A stretch of DNA of 18,598 nucleotides from Bdellovibrionales bacterium (GTDB lineage: Bacteria; Bdellovibrionota; Bdellovibrionia; Bdellovibrionales; DASUEL01): contig JBFWOZ010000051.1 in NCBI GenBank assembly GCA_050250255.1, positions 1 to 18,598 on the forward strand. Direction: 5' to 3'. This document shows positions 1 to 7,487 of this stretch, one piece after another. How positions within the stretch are numbered: the first letter of the stretch is position 1; each line of letters opens with the position of its first letter. A model generated the notes under the pieces. The model was given only the letters and a program-made list of their open reading frames with translations, was not told the origin of the DNA and did not search any database. The translations under genes and the position numbers were made by a program.

Positions 1-420
1 GCTCAAAGCGCTCTCGTCATTTCAAACCTTATTAGCTCTGGTTCTGCGATTTGCAAAAAAACTCTTACTGAGACCTTTAAAAAATATCGTGTTCAGTTTA
101 TTCCTTATCAATGGGGAGCTGCTCAGCTTCAGTTGTGTCCAGGATATCGAGTGCTGGCCCTCAACCTCATTGATATCGAAGCTGCTGTCCCTCTTAGCAT
201 TCGAGTTTTTACTGCTCATTCGCGTGAATCAGAGTTTAAAAGCGAACAAATCCTCATTCAACGACTTTACGAGGACGGAAAGAAGCTTGGAAGCACTATG
301 AACAGTGAGTTTCCAAATCTATGGCCACAGCTCGAAGACGATCCATCTCTTCCTTATGAGTCTTGGATTCGTAACCAAATTCTTGGGTGCAACAATGTTT
401 CCATGGGGCACTCAAAATGA
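1..420 (+). CDS. Hypothetical protein, 5'-truncated (C-terminal 139 aa visible)
   Basis: Frame 1 is open from base 1 (AQSALVISNL...) to TGA at 418-420, so the ORF extends past the 133 start in the track. Its stop overlaps the next ATG (ATGA, 417-420). Confidence 0.75.
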   Translation, partial: AQSALVISNLISSGSAICKKTLTETFKKYRVQFIPYQWGAAQLQLCPGYRVLALNLIDIEAAVPLSIRVFTAHSRESEFKSEQILIQRLYEDGKKLGSTMNSEFPNLWPQLEDDPSLPYESWIRNQILGCNNVSMGHSK

Positions 421-1721
421 TCTTAGTAAAAATCTTACCTCTTTTATTTATTGCCTCGCTTTCCTTCGCCCAAGAAACATCTTCAACAATGTTATTTGGG
501 TTCGGTAAGAAAAAACCTAAGCCACCTTCTCAACCGCCCGTAAGATACGCCCAAACAAGCACGGCCGTCGTCACGACAACAAATACCTCTTGGCACTTCC
601 CTGCAGGTTCAGACTCCAATAGTCCCCTCGTATGGCAAGGCGACACTCTCATTGCTTTTAACTCTGCAGGACACCCTTGGCGCAGCCAAGGTGGGACACT
701 TTTCGAATTAGGAAAAGCGGAGCGAGTAGAGTACATCAACGGCAACAACGGTGGCCGTTGGATGGAAGCCGTGATCGCAGATCCCAACCAACAAGGTGTT
801 CTCTATGGCTTTTATCACAACGAACCCAATATCGAAGATCCAACCCAACAAGAAAAAGTAGGTCTTTGTTCTACCGCAGTGGCTCGCCCACTAGAAGCAG
901 AAATCGATGGGATTATTGATCCCAATGCTCGACGAACTGTTCCTCGCATCGGTGCCGCGATCTCTTTGGATTCAGGAGTTTCGTGGGTCGATATGGGAAT
1001 TATTTTAGATGTAAATCCCCAACTTCTTTTACTCGGTCAACAATGTCTTCATTCACAAAACGCCTACTTCATTGGTGGCCATGGTGATTTCAGTGTGATC
1101 GCGGATAAAAATAACCAATATGTCTTTATTTATTTTAGTAACTACACTGGACTCTTACAGGATCAGGGAATCGGCGTGGCTTATCTTAACTGGTCTGATC
1201 TTTCCGCCGCCAGCGAACAGGTCAGAAGAATTTTATCTTCCCCCACTCGCGATCAGGAACTTTCGAGAATCAATGTCCATAGAACAACGATTCAAGCTCA
1301 TAAGTATATTACTAGCGGTTGGAACCAGCCCGGACTTGGCGGATACGTGTCTGCCATCAATCCTGCCTTTGCTGCTAAGAGAAGCTGGCACGAACCGGTC
1401 ACCGATGTTTATTGGGGACCTTCCGTTCATTTCAACACTTATCTCAACCAATACGTTATGCTTCTGAATCACACAGTATTAAGTAATGCCTCTTGGAAAC
1501 AAGAAAGCGTTTATATTTCCTTCTCCGACGCCATCGAAAATCCAGAGGGTTGGAGCCCGCCCGTTAAACTTTACACCGGCGTAAACTGGTACCCACAAAT
1601 CGTTGGCGCTCCCTCAGAGCGAGGTACCGACAAAGAAGCCGGCCAACAAGCCTACTTCTTCCTCGGCGGAAATCTCTTAGGACAAGTGCGCTTCTTCAAA
1701 GCCGGCGAACAACTCCCCTAA
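417..1721 (+). CDS. Secreted Asp-box beta-propeller protein (glycoside hydrolase-like fold, function unknown)
   Basis: Start re-called at ATG 417 (ATGA overlap, GGGG upstream). Signal peptide MILVKILPLLFIASLSFA. Asp-box SLDSGVSW at 963-986. Blade-like motifs LYGFYHNE, GGHGDFSV, YWGPSVHFNTYLNQYVMLL and WYPQ. Confidence 0.7.
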   Translation: MILVKILPLLFIASLSFAQETSSTMLFGFGKKKPKPPSQPPVRYAQTSTAVVTTTNTSWHFPAGSDSNSPLVWQGDTLIAFNSAGHPWRSQGGTLFELGKAERVEYINGNNGGRWMEAVIADPNQQGVLYGFYHNEPNIEDPTQQEKVGLCSTAVARPLEAEIDGIIDPNARRTVPRIGAAISLDSGVSWVDMGIILDVNPQLLLLGQQCLHSQNAYFIGGHGDFSVIADKNNQYVFIYFSNYTGLLQDQGIGVAYLNWSDLSAASEQVRRILSSPTRDQELSRINVHRTTIQAHKYITSGWNQPGLGGYVSAINPAFAAKRSWHEPVTDVYWGPSVHFNTYLNQYVMLLNHTVLSNASWKQESVYISFSDAIENPEGWSPPVKLYTGVNWYPQIVGAPSERGTDKEAGQQAYFFLGGNLLGQVRFFKAGEQLP

Positions 1722-1740
1722 AAGGTGCGCCGCTCCTTTT
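1720..1740. terminator. Probable bidirectional intrinsic terminator
   Basis: AAAAGGTGC-GCC-GCTCCTTTT is a 9-bp stem with one mismatch and A/T tracts at both ends, between convergent genes. Confidence 0.6.
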
Positions 1741-1763
1741 GGTAGCAATAGCGCGTTAAGTAA

Positions 1764-3638
1764 TTAAGGCGACAACATGTCCGGCTGAGACATGAGAGTT
1801 TTGTATTGAGCTTCTCGGTCCAATTGAAATTGTCGCCAGCGTACCGCTGGATTCTCTTTCATTATTTTTTGAATATCAGCAACCGTAAAAGCATAAGTGC
1901 GCCAGTCAATACGTGGCTTAATCGTTTCACGATAATTAAATGCCCAGTTGTTATGTGCCGAAACAAGTTCATGTCGATATACAAACCATTTCTTTGCATA
2001 CGGAAGCGCCTCAAGTTGCTGCATAACTTGAGCTTTCGTTGTGGTTACAGCAAATTGCACATTTTGTTCTTTCATAACAGAGTCAGGATTTGTAAAGCCC
2101 GATTCATACAGCTGCCTCCAGACATGCAAATAAGCACCCACTAATTGCTGCAGACCTGACAAAACTTCCTTATCGCCTGAGTAGACCTCTATCGCATTTT
2201 GCTCTTTTAAAAATTCATCCAGCTCCTGAAGTCGTTGAATACGTGCTCCCGTTGTCCGCGCAAAGTGGGGATCTACAACGAAAACCCCTTGAATCGGAGT
2301 AACGTAGGGTCGCGCTGAGATCTCTGCATACTTCGCCATCTGATCTCGAAATTGCTCCAAAGGAAGCTCTTGAGAAAATTGTGAAGCAATGTCTTGCGCA
2401 TCAGATTCTGTAACCCCTGCCTTTAGTACTTTTGCTGTTATCAATTTTTCGAGAAGACTAGAAAAGTTTCTCAATTCATACTGAGCCTTATTTTGACTAC
2501 CGTCTTTTAAAGATTGAGACGATTGTCCTCGCGCGAATAACTGCCAATGGCGGAGAGCTTCTGCAGACATCCGACCTTCTGTCTTCTGAACAAGATCCGC
2601 AATCGAAAACGATACTTTATCTAAACCATATTTCATCAACACATCTTTGAGAGGAATAACAAGTGCCAATTCATTGGGGTTATCTTTGTATCCAGAGAAT
2701 CTCTTCATTCGATGCGTTCGCATATAAAGCCCCGAGTGACCTCGATCTAGAGAGTGGCCAAAAATATAAGCGTCTTCAACCTTACCACCATTAAGAATAA
2801 GCTCATGGTAGGCATAGAATGCTGAAATTCTTATCGCCTCTTCAAAGCCATATTCGTATTCATTATCTCGTGCGGCTCTTCCTAATTCCCAAATGTGTTT
2901 ATATTTGGTTCGATCAATCGGCACGAGCAGGCGCTCGTCTTCCAGAGCTAAGGACGCTTTTTTACCAAAAGGCTGACCCGAGATGAGCACCGAAGCTCCC
3001 ACTTTAAGTCGATACTTCTGGCGATCTTTTGATTCGGGTTTATTTTCGTCAAGCAAGCTCATGTCTGTCATGGCAAAATGTTCTTCAACTCCGCGATCCA
3101 CGGGATCTCGTCGTGCATGATCCGGAATTTTTCCGTAACGCTTAACGAGTTCCGCGCGAGTTAACTCATCAGTAATTTCAAAAAATGTAATTTGGTCCGT
3201 CGAAAGCTTCTTCAGAGCATTGGAATGAAATTGAATTTCTCTAGGGTCCACATACTGGATGTCTTCCATAGACTTAAATGAGTAATATTGATTGCGATCA
3301 ATTAAAGTTTCGCCCTTACTTCCCGAAGCCATTTCGACTTGCAATGGATTTATATTAATATACGGAGTGTCGAGGCGTCTTGCGAGAGAATAGCCTGTCG
3401 AATAATATTGACCCTCCTGAATGAGTCCATATTCTCCAGACGAGTAGCCGCCCTCCCTGTAGTATAACTGCATGTACGTTGCTGAATTAAAAGATTTTTG
3501 CCCATAATACCGCCAGATCGAAACTTGAATTTTCTCTCTTGGGCGTTTCGTGCTTGGCACCATAAAGGGGCCACATAACTCAGCCCATGCAGATAAACTA
3601 AAGACTGAAATGAGAGAGACAATTAAAACCTTAAACAT
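1764..3638 (-). CDS. Secreted hypothetical protein (624 aa), paralogue of 3647..5437, possible GNAT-like fold
   Basis: Long ORF, RBS AAGGA, signal peptide MFKVLIVSLISVFSLSAWA. Shares motif blocks with the neighbour (IWELGR, AYHEL..GG..DAYIFGHSLD, PLKDVLMKY). Confidence 0.85.
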   Translation of the reverse strand: MFKVLIVSLISVFSLSAWAELCGPFMVPSTKRPREKIQVSIWRYYGQKSFNSATYMQLYYREGGYSSGEYGLIQEGQYYSTGYSLARRLDTPYININPLQVEMASGSKGETLIDRNQYYSFKSMEDIQYVDPREIQFHSNALKKLSTDQITFFEITDELTRAELVKRYGKIPDHARRDPVDRGVEEHFAMTDMSLLDENKPESKDRQKYRLKVGASVLISGQPFGKKASLALEDERLLVPIDRTKYKHIWELGRAARDNEYEYGFEEAIRISAFYAYHELILNGGKVEDAYIFGHSLDRGHSGLYMRTHRMKRFSGYKDNPNELALVIPLKDVLMKYGLDKVSFSIADLVQKTEGRMSAEALRHWQLFARGQSSQSLKDGSQNKAQYELRNFSSLLEKLITAKVLKAGVTESDAQDIASQFSQELPLEQFRDQMAKYAEISARPYVTPIQGVFVVDPHFARTTGARIQRLQELDEFLKEQNAIEVYSGDKEVLSGLQQLVGAYLHVWRQLYESGFTNPDSVMKEQNVQFAVTTTKAQVMQQLEALPYAKKWFVYRHELVSAHNNWAFNYRETIKPRIDWRTYAFTVADIQKIMKENPAVRWRQFQLDREAQYKTLMSQPDMLSP

Positions 3639-3646
3639 CTACTTCC

Positions 3647-5437
3647 TTAAAATTGATCCAGCATCCTTAAGTTCCATCGGGTTTGCCAAGACCCAGGGAA
3701 AAGCGTTCCAAAAGTATCATCAAAAATTTTAGGATGCTTTTTTTGAAGCTCCACAATTTGTTCTATATCAAAAATGTGAACATGAATGGGCTTCGTGTAG
3801 ATCGTATTGATCCAATCCATAGAGCTTTCTAAAGGTCGTACTGCTTGCGTCTTAAAACTTGCGACGTCTTGAGGATCGGCGGGAGCTTGATACGATAAAA
3901 CTTCTGCTGGCGAAAGTTTTTTGATCGCCTCTGATAGGGCTGAATCATAAGTGCTAATCGCAAAACGAAGTTTAGCACCTCGAATCTCCGCGAGAGATTG
4001 CCTAACACGTTCAACAGTATTCTCTGGATAAGAAATTTTGCGTGCGTAATAAGTGACAAGTGAAAACAACACTTTTAGAGGATACTGAGGATCAATCGTT
4101 AGTAACCGAGGATCTAAATTCGAAAGTTCCACCACATTTTTAGGACTTAACATGGGATGGAGCATTTGCGGATCACTGGCGTCGTTATACTGCCCTAATC
4201 CCTCAAACAAATAAGTCGCACGAAAGATCTTCATATACTCTTCAAGCTTGGCTTCAACAAACTCACTTCTGAAACTCTTCGCGAGACGCCTCAAAATCAC
4301 CGCCCAGCCACGCGAATAATCTGCGAAGAGCAGCGGCAACATTTGTTCTGATTTTCCTTCAAAGCGATAATTTAATTCTTGCCAGTAAGTTTCTTGAATT
4401 CCCGAATGCAGAGTCATGAGCTCTTCTTCAGTCAACTTACCGTCGAACGCTTTGTTGAGTGCCGCAAACTGCGCGGAAAGTTCAGAAGGTTTGTATTTCA
4501 TGAGTAAATCTGTAAGCGGCACCATAAACAGCGAGTTACTTGGATTGCTGTGTCCTTTTGGAAAAACTGAATCGGGATAGGCTTTCAAATACAATTTGGT
4601 ATTCGCCTCATCGAGTGAATGAAACATCACGTAGGCATTATCTAAACTTCCACCCATAGAACGAAGCTCACGGTAGGCCAAAGCCACAAGAACGTGACGT
4701 AGTTGCTCATGCTCACCCGCAAGATCTTGAGCTCCTCGTCCCCATTCCCAAACGTATCGATATTTTTGGCGATCAAAGTTACTAGAAATTTTGTGATACG
4801 CAGGTTCTAACTGCCAAGGAAGAGAGGTCGGCTGCATACGTCGTTCTGCGGGATCCCATATCTGGCCAGCTACTGACCACATGGTCGCCGTGCGAAATGT
4901 CCTTTGATCGGGATGATTGTAATCGCTAAAAGCAGACTCCACCCTTTCTCTCGGATAAGGTTCAAAGTTACGAAGAATCCAATTCTCCAAAACTTCATGA
5001 CTGGATTGCACAAAAGTAATTTGTTCGTGTATTAAATTATGAATGAGACCTGCATATTCTTTTGCATCAGTCGCTGTTAAATAGCCTGTCTCAACCATCC
5101 GACGAAGCGCATATGCTTGTTGTTGCATCAGAGGTATTTCTTCAGGAACATTTGTTGAATGGTGATCAACTCCCGTATCAGGCTGGAAACGGTTTCCTAT
5201 GCGTTTCCAATTCATGCGTGTTGAAGTGTGACGGTCGCGACCAATTTGGTTGAAGCGGGTTACAGAGATTGTTTGGGGAAATTCCTTTAACTCTTTTCTC
5301 ACTTTTGCATTCATTTTGAATGAGTCTTGGAGAGGCTCAGAACCACCTAGTTTAGGGCCACAAACCGGAGATTTTGACCCCGCATTCGCAACTCCCCAAA
5401 CCAGAAAAAAAATAAGGAAAATCAGACCCTTCAACAC
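3647..5437 (-). CDS. Secreted hypothetical protein (596 aa), paralogue of 1764..3638, possible GNAT-like fold
   Basis: Long ORF, GTG (5437) or TTG (5434) start, signal peptide ending GVANA. Motifs VWEWGR, AYREL..GG..NAYVMFHSLD, PLTDLLMKY. Only 8 bp separate it from the downstream paralogue. Confidence 0.85.
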   Translation of the reverse strand: MLKGLIFLIFFLVWGVANAGSKSPVCGPKLGGSEPLQDSFKMNAKVRKELKEFPQTISVTRFNQIGRDRHTSTRMNWKRIGNRFQPDTGVDHHSTNVPEEIPLMQQQAYALRRMVETGYLTATDAKEYAGLIHNLIHEQITFVQSSHEVLENWILRNFEPYPRERVESAFSDYNHPDQRTFRTATMWSVAGQIWDPAERRMQPTSLPWQLEPAYHKISSNFDRQKYRYVWEWGRGAQDLAGEHEQLRHVLVALAYRELRSMGGSLDNAYVMFHSLDEANTKLYLKAYPDSVFPKGHSNPSNSLFMVPLTDLLMKYKPSELSAQFAALNKAFDGKLTEEELMTLHSGIQETYWQELNYRFEGKSEQMLPLLFADYSRGWAVILRRLAKSFRSEFVEAKLEEYMKIFRATYLFEGLGQYNDASDPQMLHPMLSPKNVVELSNLDPRLLTIDPQYPLKVLFSLVTYYARKISYPENTVERVRQSLAEIRGAKLRFAISTYDSALSEAIKKLSPAEVLSYQAPADPQDVASFKTQAVRPLESSMDWINTIYTKPIHVHIFDIEQIVELQKKHPKIFDDTFGTLFPGSWQTRWNLRMLDQF

Positions 5438-5449
5438 ATAAGCCTTATG

Positions 5450-5465
5450 AGCAAGCCATATGCCT
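5450..5465 (-). promoter_or_regulatory. Sigma54 (-24/-12) promoter for the paralogue pair
   Basis: Minus strand AGGCATATGGCTTGCT has exact GG-N10-GC spacing, with GGCA and TTGCT matching the TGGCACG-N4-TTGCW consensus. Confidence 0.7.
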
Positions 5466-5477
5466 GTCTAGAAAGGT

Positions 5478-5499
5478 TAAAGGGCTCTAGAGAGCCCTT
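5478..5499 (-). terminator. Hairpin, probable terminator of the 7337-5555 operon
   Basis: AAGGGCTCT-AG-AGAGCCCTT is a perfect inverted repeat (5480-5499), ending in TTT and followed by AACCTTT on the minus strand. Confidence 0.55.
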
Positions 5500-5554
5500 A
5501 CTAAAAGTGACCTGTCAGCTTTTTAGACAACTGCAAAGTTCCTCACGAGTACGC

Positions 5555-6295
5555 TTATTTTCTCAGCTCGGGACCAATTTTCGCGAAGGCTGTTTTTGCA
5601 GATGCCACCGCGATATTTGAGAGAAGAGTTTCGTCGATAAAGGCACTCCCTCCAACCGAAGTTTTTGACTCTTCTCCGTCGATGCCGCCATCAAACCATA
5701 TGTGTTTTTCAACGCCTTTTTTGTAAACAAAAAAGCTCACCTTTGATTGAGGATAACGACTTCCAAGACCCATAATCGAAGTTCCATTCAGTATGACGTT
5801 CACACGCGCAACCATAATGGCATCCACCTTCAATGCCTCGATCAACTCGTCGCGACCTTTCATATCAAGAATGCGTGGCCCTTCGGCATCCATGACTTGA
5901 GCCACGAGGAACTGGTTCATCCCTTCACCAGGAGGCATCTTGTTCTGCCAACCATCCATTGTTTGTTTGTAAGCCTTCACATATCCCGCATTCGAAGCCA
6001 TGGTCTTTTTATCCATCACATTCCAACGAAGATTTTTCTTTAAAGCTTCGGACAAATCCGTGTACATAAGATCCGCGTGCGTTCCTTCTGTGGGCATAAA
6101 ATTCGCCGTGTTCCCAGCCTTGAGCTGCCCTTTACTTAAATCCACACCGAGCGAAGCCGATGATGGCTGTTGAACCATAAAAGCCACCACGGCGACTTTT
6201 TTAATTTCTCCAACCGCAGCTTCATCTTTGAAGTGCGTAAGCCCAGAACAACTGATCATCGCTAATGCAATCATAGCTAAAAATATATTTTTCAT
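5555..6295 (-). CDS. Lipoprotein, possibly CsgG/LpoB/TolB-N-like alpha/beta fold
   Basis: ATG 6295 follows GAAGGTG. Lipoprotein signal MKNIFLAMIALAMISC. Motifs KKVAVVAF and ALKVDAIMVARV resemble this fold (inference). Confidence 0.75.
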   Translation of the reverse strand: MKNIFLAMIALAMISCSGLTHFKDEAAVGEIKKVAVVAFMVQQPSSASLGVDLSKGQLKAGNTANFMPTEGTHADLMYTDLSEALKKNLRWNVMDKKTMASNAGYVKAYKQTMDGWQNKMPPGEGMNQFLVAQVMDAEGPRILDMKGRDELIEALKVDAIMVARVNVILNGTSIMGLGSRYPQSKVSFFVYKKGVEKHIWFDGGIDGEESKTSVGGSAFIDETLLSNIAVASAKTAFAKIGPELRK

Positions 6296-6313
6296 AAACA
6301 TCACCTTCTTATT

Positions 6314-6847
6314 TTAGAAAAACCAGCCGAGGTCGGCATACATACTGCCACCCGCCTGAGAAATTCCGATATGGTAACCAAGCCCCGCATTGAAACCACT
6401 CGACGCAAGCCAATCCACACCGACAGAACCGTAAAAGAGCGTGCCTGATTTTTTCACTCCTTGAATTTCGAGCTCTCCGTCGCCTTCAAAAGCCACGTGC
6501 GAAACCGCAAGGCCTGCAATCGGGCTAAAGCTCATTCCCGGAACAAAAGCCGTCGCCCCTGCACCGTAGGTCGTCACCTTTGTTGTTTTACTGACGAGAG
6601 TGTTGCCATTAGAACTGATGCCCGTCGTTGCTTCAATTTCACCGTAGCCGACACGTGCACGAAGGAAATCGTTCATGTTGTAAGAAGCATTAAGACCAAT
6701 GAGAGAAGGAAAAGGATTTCCTACGCTCAAGCCTACGCCTACTTTTTTTGCTTCACGATTGGAAGGCATGTCGGTAGAAATTTCTCCAGAAGCCAAGGCA
6801 GAAGTCGCCATTAAGTAGATTACAAATGGAAATAAAAATTTGCTCAT
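6314..6847 (-). CDS. Small outer-membrane beta-barrel protein
   Basis: Signal peptide ending SALA, alternating amphipathic Gly/aromatic-rich strands, C-terminal beta-signal YADLGWFF, RBS GAGG. Confidence 0.8.
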   Translation of the reverse strand: MSKFLFPFVIYLMATSALASGEISTDMPSNREAKKVGVGLSVGNPFPSLIGLNASYNMNDFLRARVGYGEIEATTGISSNGNTLVSKTTKVTTYGAGATAFVPGMSFSPIAGLAVSHVAFEGDGELEIQGVKKSGTLFYGSVGVDWLASSGFNAGLGYHIGISQAGGSMYADLGWFF

Positions 6848-6857
6848 GTTCTACCTC

Positions 6858-7337
6858 TTACAACTTTTGAAATTCAGTTTTGAAGCCGACCGCAAGAGTG
6901 CACGGACCCAATTTCTGAATGCTGTAAGTTAAACGATAGTTTTGTCCAGCAGTGACCGAGTGAGAGGCTACTGTCGCGGTGAAGTAGCGGAGATCTGCCG
7001 AACGGCCGTCTTGAATAGTTTCAATCGTCAAGAAACGAATAAACTCGTTTGACGAAGGACAATTGATCGTTGTGACATGAGGATTCACCACACGAAGCAT
7101 TCCAGTCTCAGTGGCCGTGTATGTGAAGAACCATTTTTTGTCTCCACCAGCATGGCCATTGAGAACAATTTCATTTTGTTCTGCCGCCGGTGCATTCACT
7201 TTTAACGCTTGAGTTTCTGGGCTCTGATAAGGCGCAGTTGCCGGGGCCGCATCCCCGCCACCGCCCTCTACCGTCGCAGAACACGCCGCCAGTACGGTCA
7301 TTGATAAAACAAAAAACAGACGAGTCGATCTTTTCAT
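6858..7337 (-). CDS. Lipoprotein, hypothetical (beta-rich, two further Cys)
   Basis: Lipobox LAAC after a basic and hydrophobic N-terminus, a Gly/Ala/Pro linker, RBS AAGGGG. Confidence 0.8.
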   Translation of the reverse strand: MKRSTRLFFVLSMTVLAACSATVEGGGGDAAPATAPYQSPETQALKVNAPAAEQNEIVLNGHAGGDKKWFFTYTATETGMLRVVNPHVTTINCPSSNEFIRFLTIETIQDGRSADLRYFTATVASHSVTAGQNYRLTYSIQKLGPCTLAVGFKTEFQKL

Positions 7338-7376
7338 AAATTCCCCTTTAAAGGTTTTAGTTGGTTGAAGCGCGGG

Positions 7377-7405
7377 AATCTATGAGCGCCTTTACTAAAA
7401 GTAAA
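7377..7405 (-). promoter_or_regulatory. Candidate sigma70 promoter of the lipoprotein/OMP operon
   Basis: Minus strand TTTACT-N17-TAGATT, about 40 bp upstream of the ATG at 7337. Confidence 0.45.
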
Positions 7406-7406
7406 G

Positions 7407-7431
7407 GAAATTTTAATTTTATTAAAATTTC
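7407..7431. promoter_or_regulatory. Candidate TetR operator
   Basis: Perfect 11-3-11 inverted repeat GAAATTTTAAT-TTT-ATTAAAATTTC between the divergent tetR gene and the operon. Confidence 0.55.
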
Positions 7432-7454
7432 ATATAATTATATTTAAACTTAAT

Positions 7455-7481
7455 TAAAGTTTTTTTGAACTATGCCGATAC
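7455..7481 (+). promoter_or_regulatory. Sigma28 (FliA)-type promoter of the TetR gene
   Basis: TAAAGTTT-N11-GCCGATAC matches the consensus TAAAGTTT-N11-GCCGATAA at 15 of 16 positions. Confidence 0.75.
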
Positions 7482-7487
7482 GTGAAT

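Noticed and set aside
387..416. GTG start at 387 for the propeller protein
   Set aside because: It adds 10 residues ahead of a good signal peptide. ATG 417 has an ATGA overlap and an RBS-like GGGG.
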